Translations under genes and position numbers: made by a program
Source: Polyangiales bacterium
GTDB taxonomy: Bacteria > Myxococcota_A > Polyangia > Polyangiales > Houyiibacteriaceae
NCBI GenBank assembly: GCA_045106895.1
Contig: JBGCFM010000044.1
Span: 1-25,819, forward strand
Direction: 5' to 3'
DNA length: 25,819 nt
Part shown: in pieces, positions 25,483 to 25,819 of the stretch
How the letters are laid out: each line of letters opens with the position of its first letter
Position numbering within the stretch: position 1 is the first letter of the stretch
Notes under the pieces: model-generated
What the model saw: only the letters and a program-made list of their open reading frames with translations
Database searches by the model: none
Told to the model about the DNA's origin: nothing

Positions 25483-25819
25483 ATGAACGCGCTCTCGTTT
25501 CTCCCCGTTGGCGGCGCCAGTCTCTGGCAGGCTGCTCAGTGGTACGGCGCATTTGTCCTGGCTCTCTTCTTAGGCGCCCGCCTGCTGCCGGGGATCATGC
25601 GCCCCGGGCAGTCGCTCAAAGACGGCAGCCGACTTCGTTACAAGCTCAGTGGTCTCGTGCTCTTTGTTGGCACCCACGCCGCCCTCGCAACGGGGGTGCT
25701 CTTTGGTGATTGGTCTCTGCGGCCTCTCCTCACGCACTTTCCTTCGCTCTTCGTCGTTGCGAACATCTGGGCGCTGGTGGTCACCGCGTATTTGATGGGC
25801 AGCGCGTGGTCGAAGGGGG
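25483..25819 (+). CDS. ERG4/ERG24-family sterol reductase, N-terminal part; runs off the right edge
   Basis: Not in the ORF track. Manual translation gives MNALSFLP...FVLALFLGARLLPGIMRPGQSLKDGSRLRYKLSGL..., matching the LPG...G..L.DG.RL.Y..(N/S)G motif of C14-sterol reductase/LBR/DHCR7 proteins, followed by further TM helices. Confidence 0.75.
   Translation, partial: MNALSFLPVGGASLWQAAQWYGAFVLALFLGARLLPGIMRPGQSLKDGSRLRYKLSGLVLFVGTHAALATGVLFGDWSLRPLLTHFPSLFVVANIWALVVTAYLMGSAWSKG

Overview
GC-rich bacterial chromosomal window, very likely Myxococcota (Polyangiales/Sandaracinus-like). The assignment is inferred from the gene content: Cys-rich lipoproteins, a Myxococcales-type sigma-70 with a ZAS-kinase-TPR partner, a DmxA-like diguanylate cyclase and an ERG4/ERG24 sterol reductase. 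About 22 CDSs; I saw no rRNA, tRNA, CRISPR array or IS. Three signals stand out in the raw DNA. (1) The two genes flanking a divergent sigma factor / ZAS-Ser/Thr kinase pair share the same promoter-like motif, A-tract-TGCGCC-N15-GCGTTCA-N5-TGAAAG, suggesting a self-contained four-gene ECF regulon with a readable cognate promoter. (2) A stand-alone divergent EF-Tu paralog carries substitutions at elfamycin-binding residues and sits behind a sigma70 promoter, uORF(s) and a mutually exclusive antiterminator/terminator, consistent with a ribosome-stalling-inducible backup EF-Tu. (3) Nine genes have a -10-like hexamer 5-6 nt before the start codon, implying widespread leaderless transcripts. All family calls and residue alignments were made by eye from remembered motifs; no searches were run.
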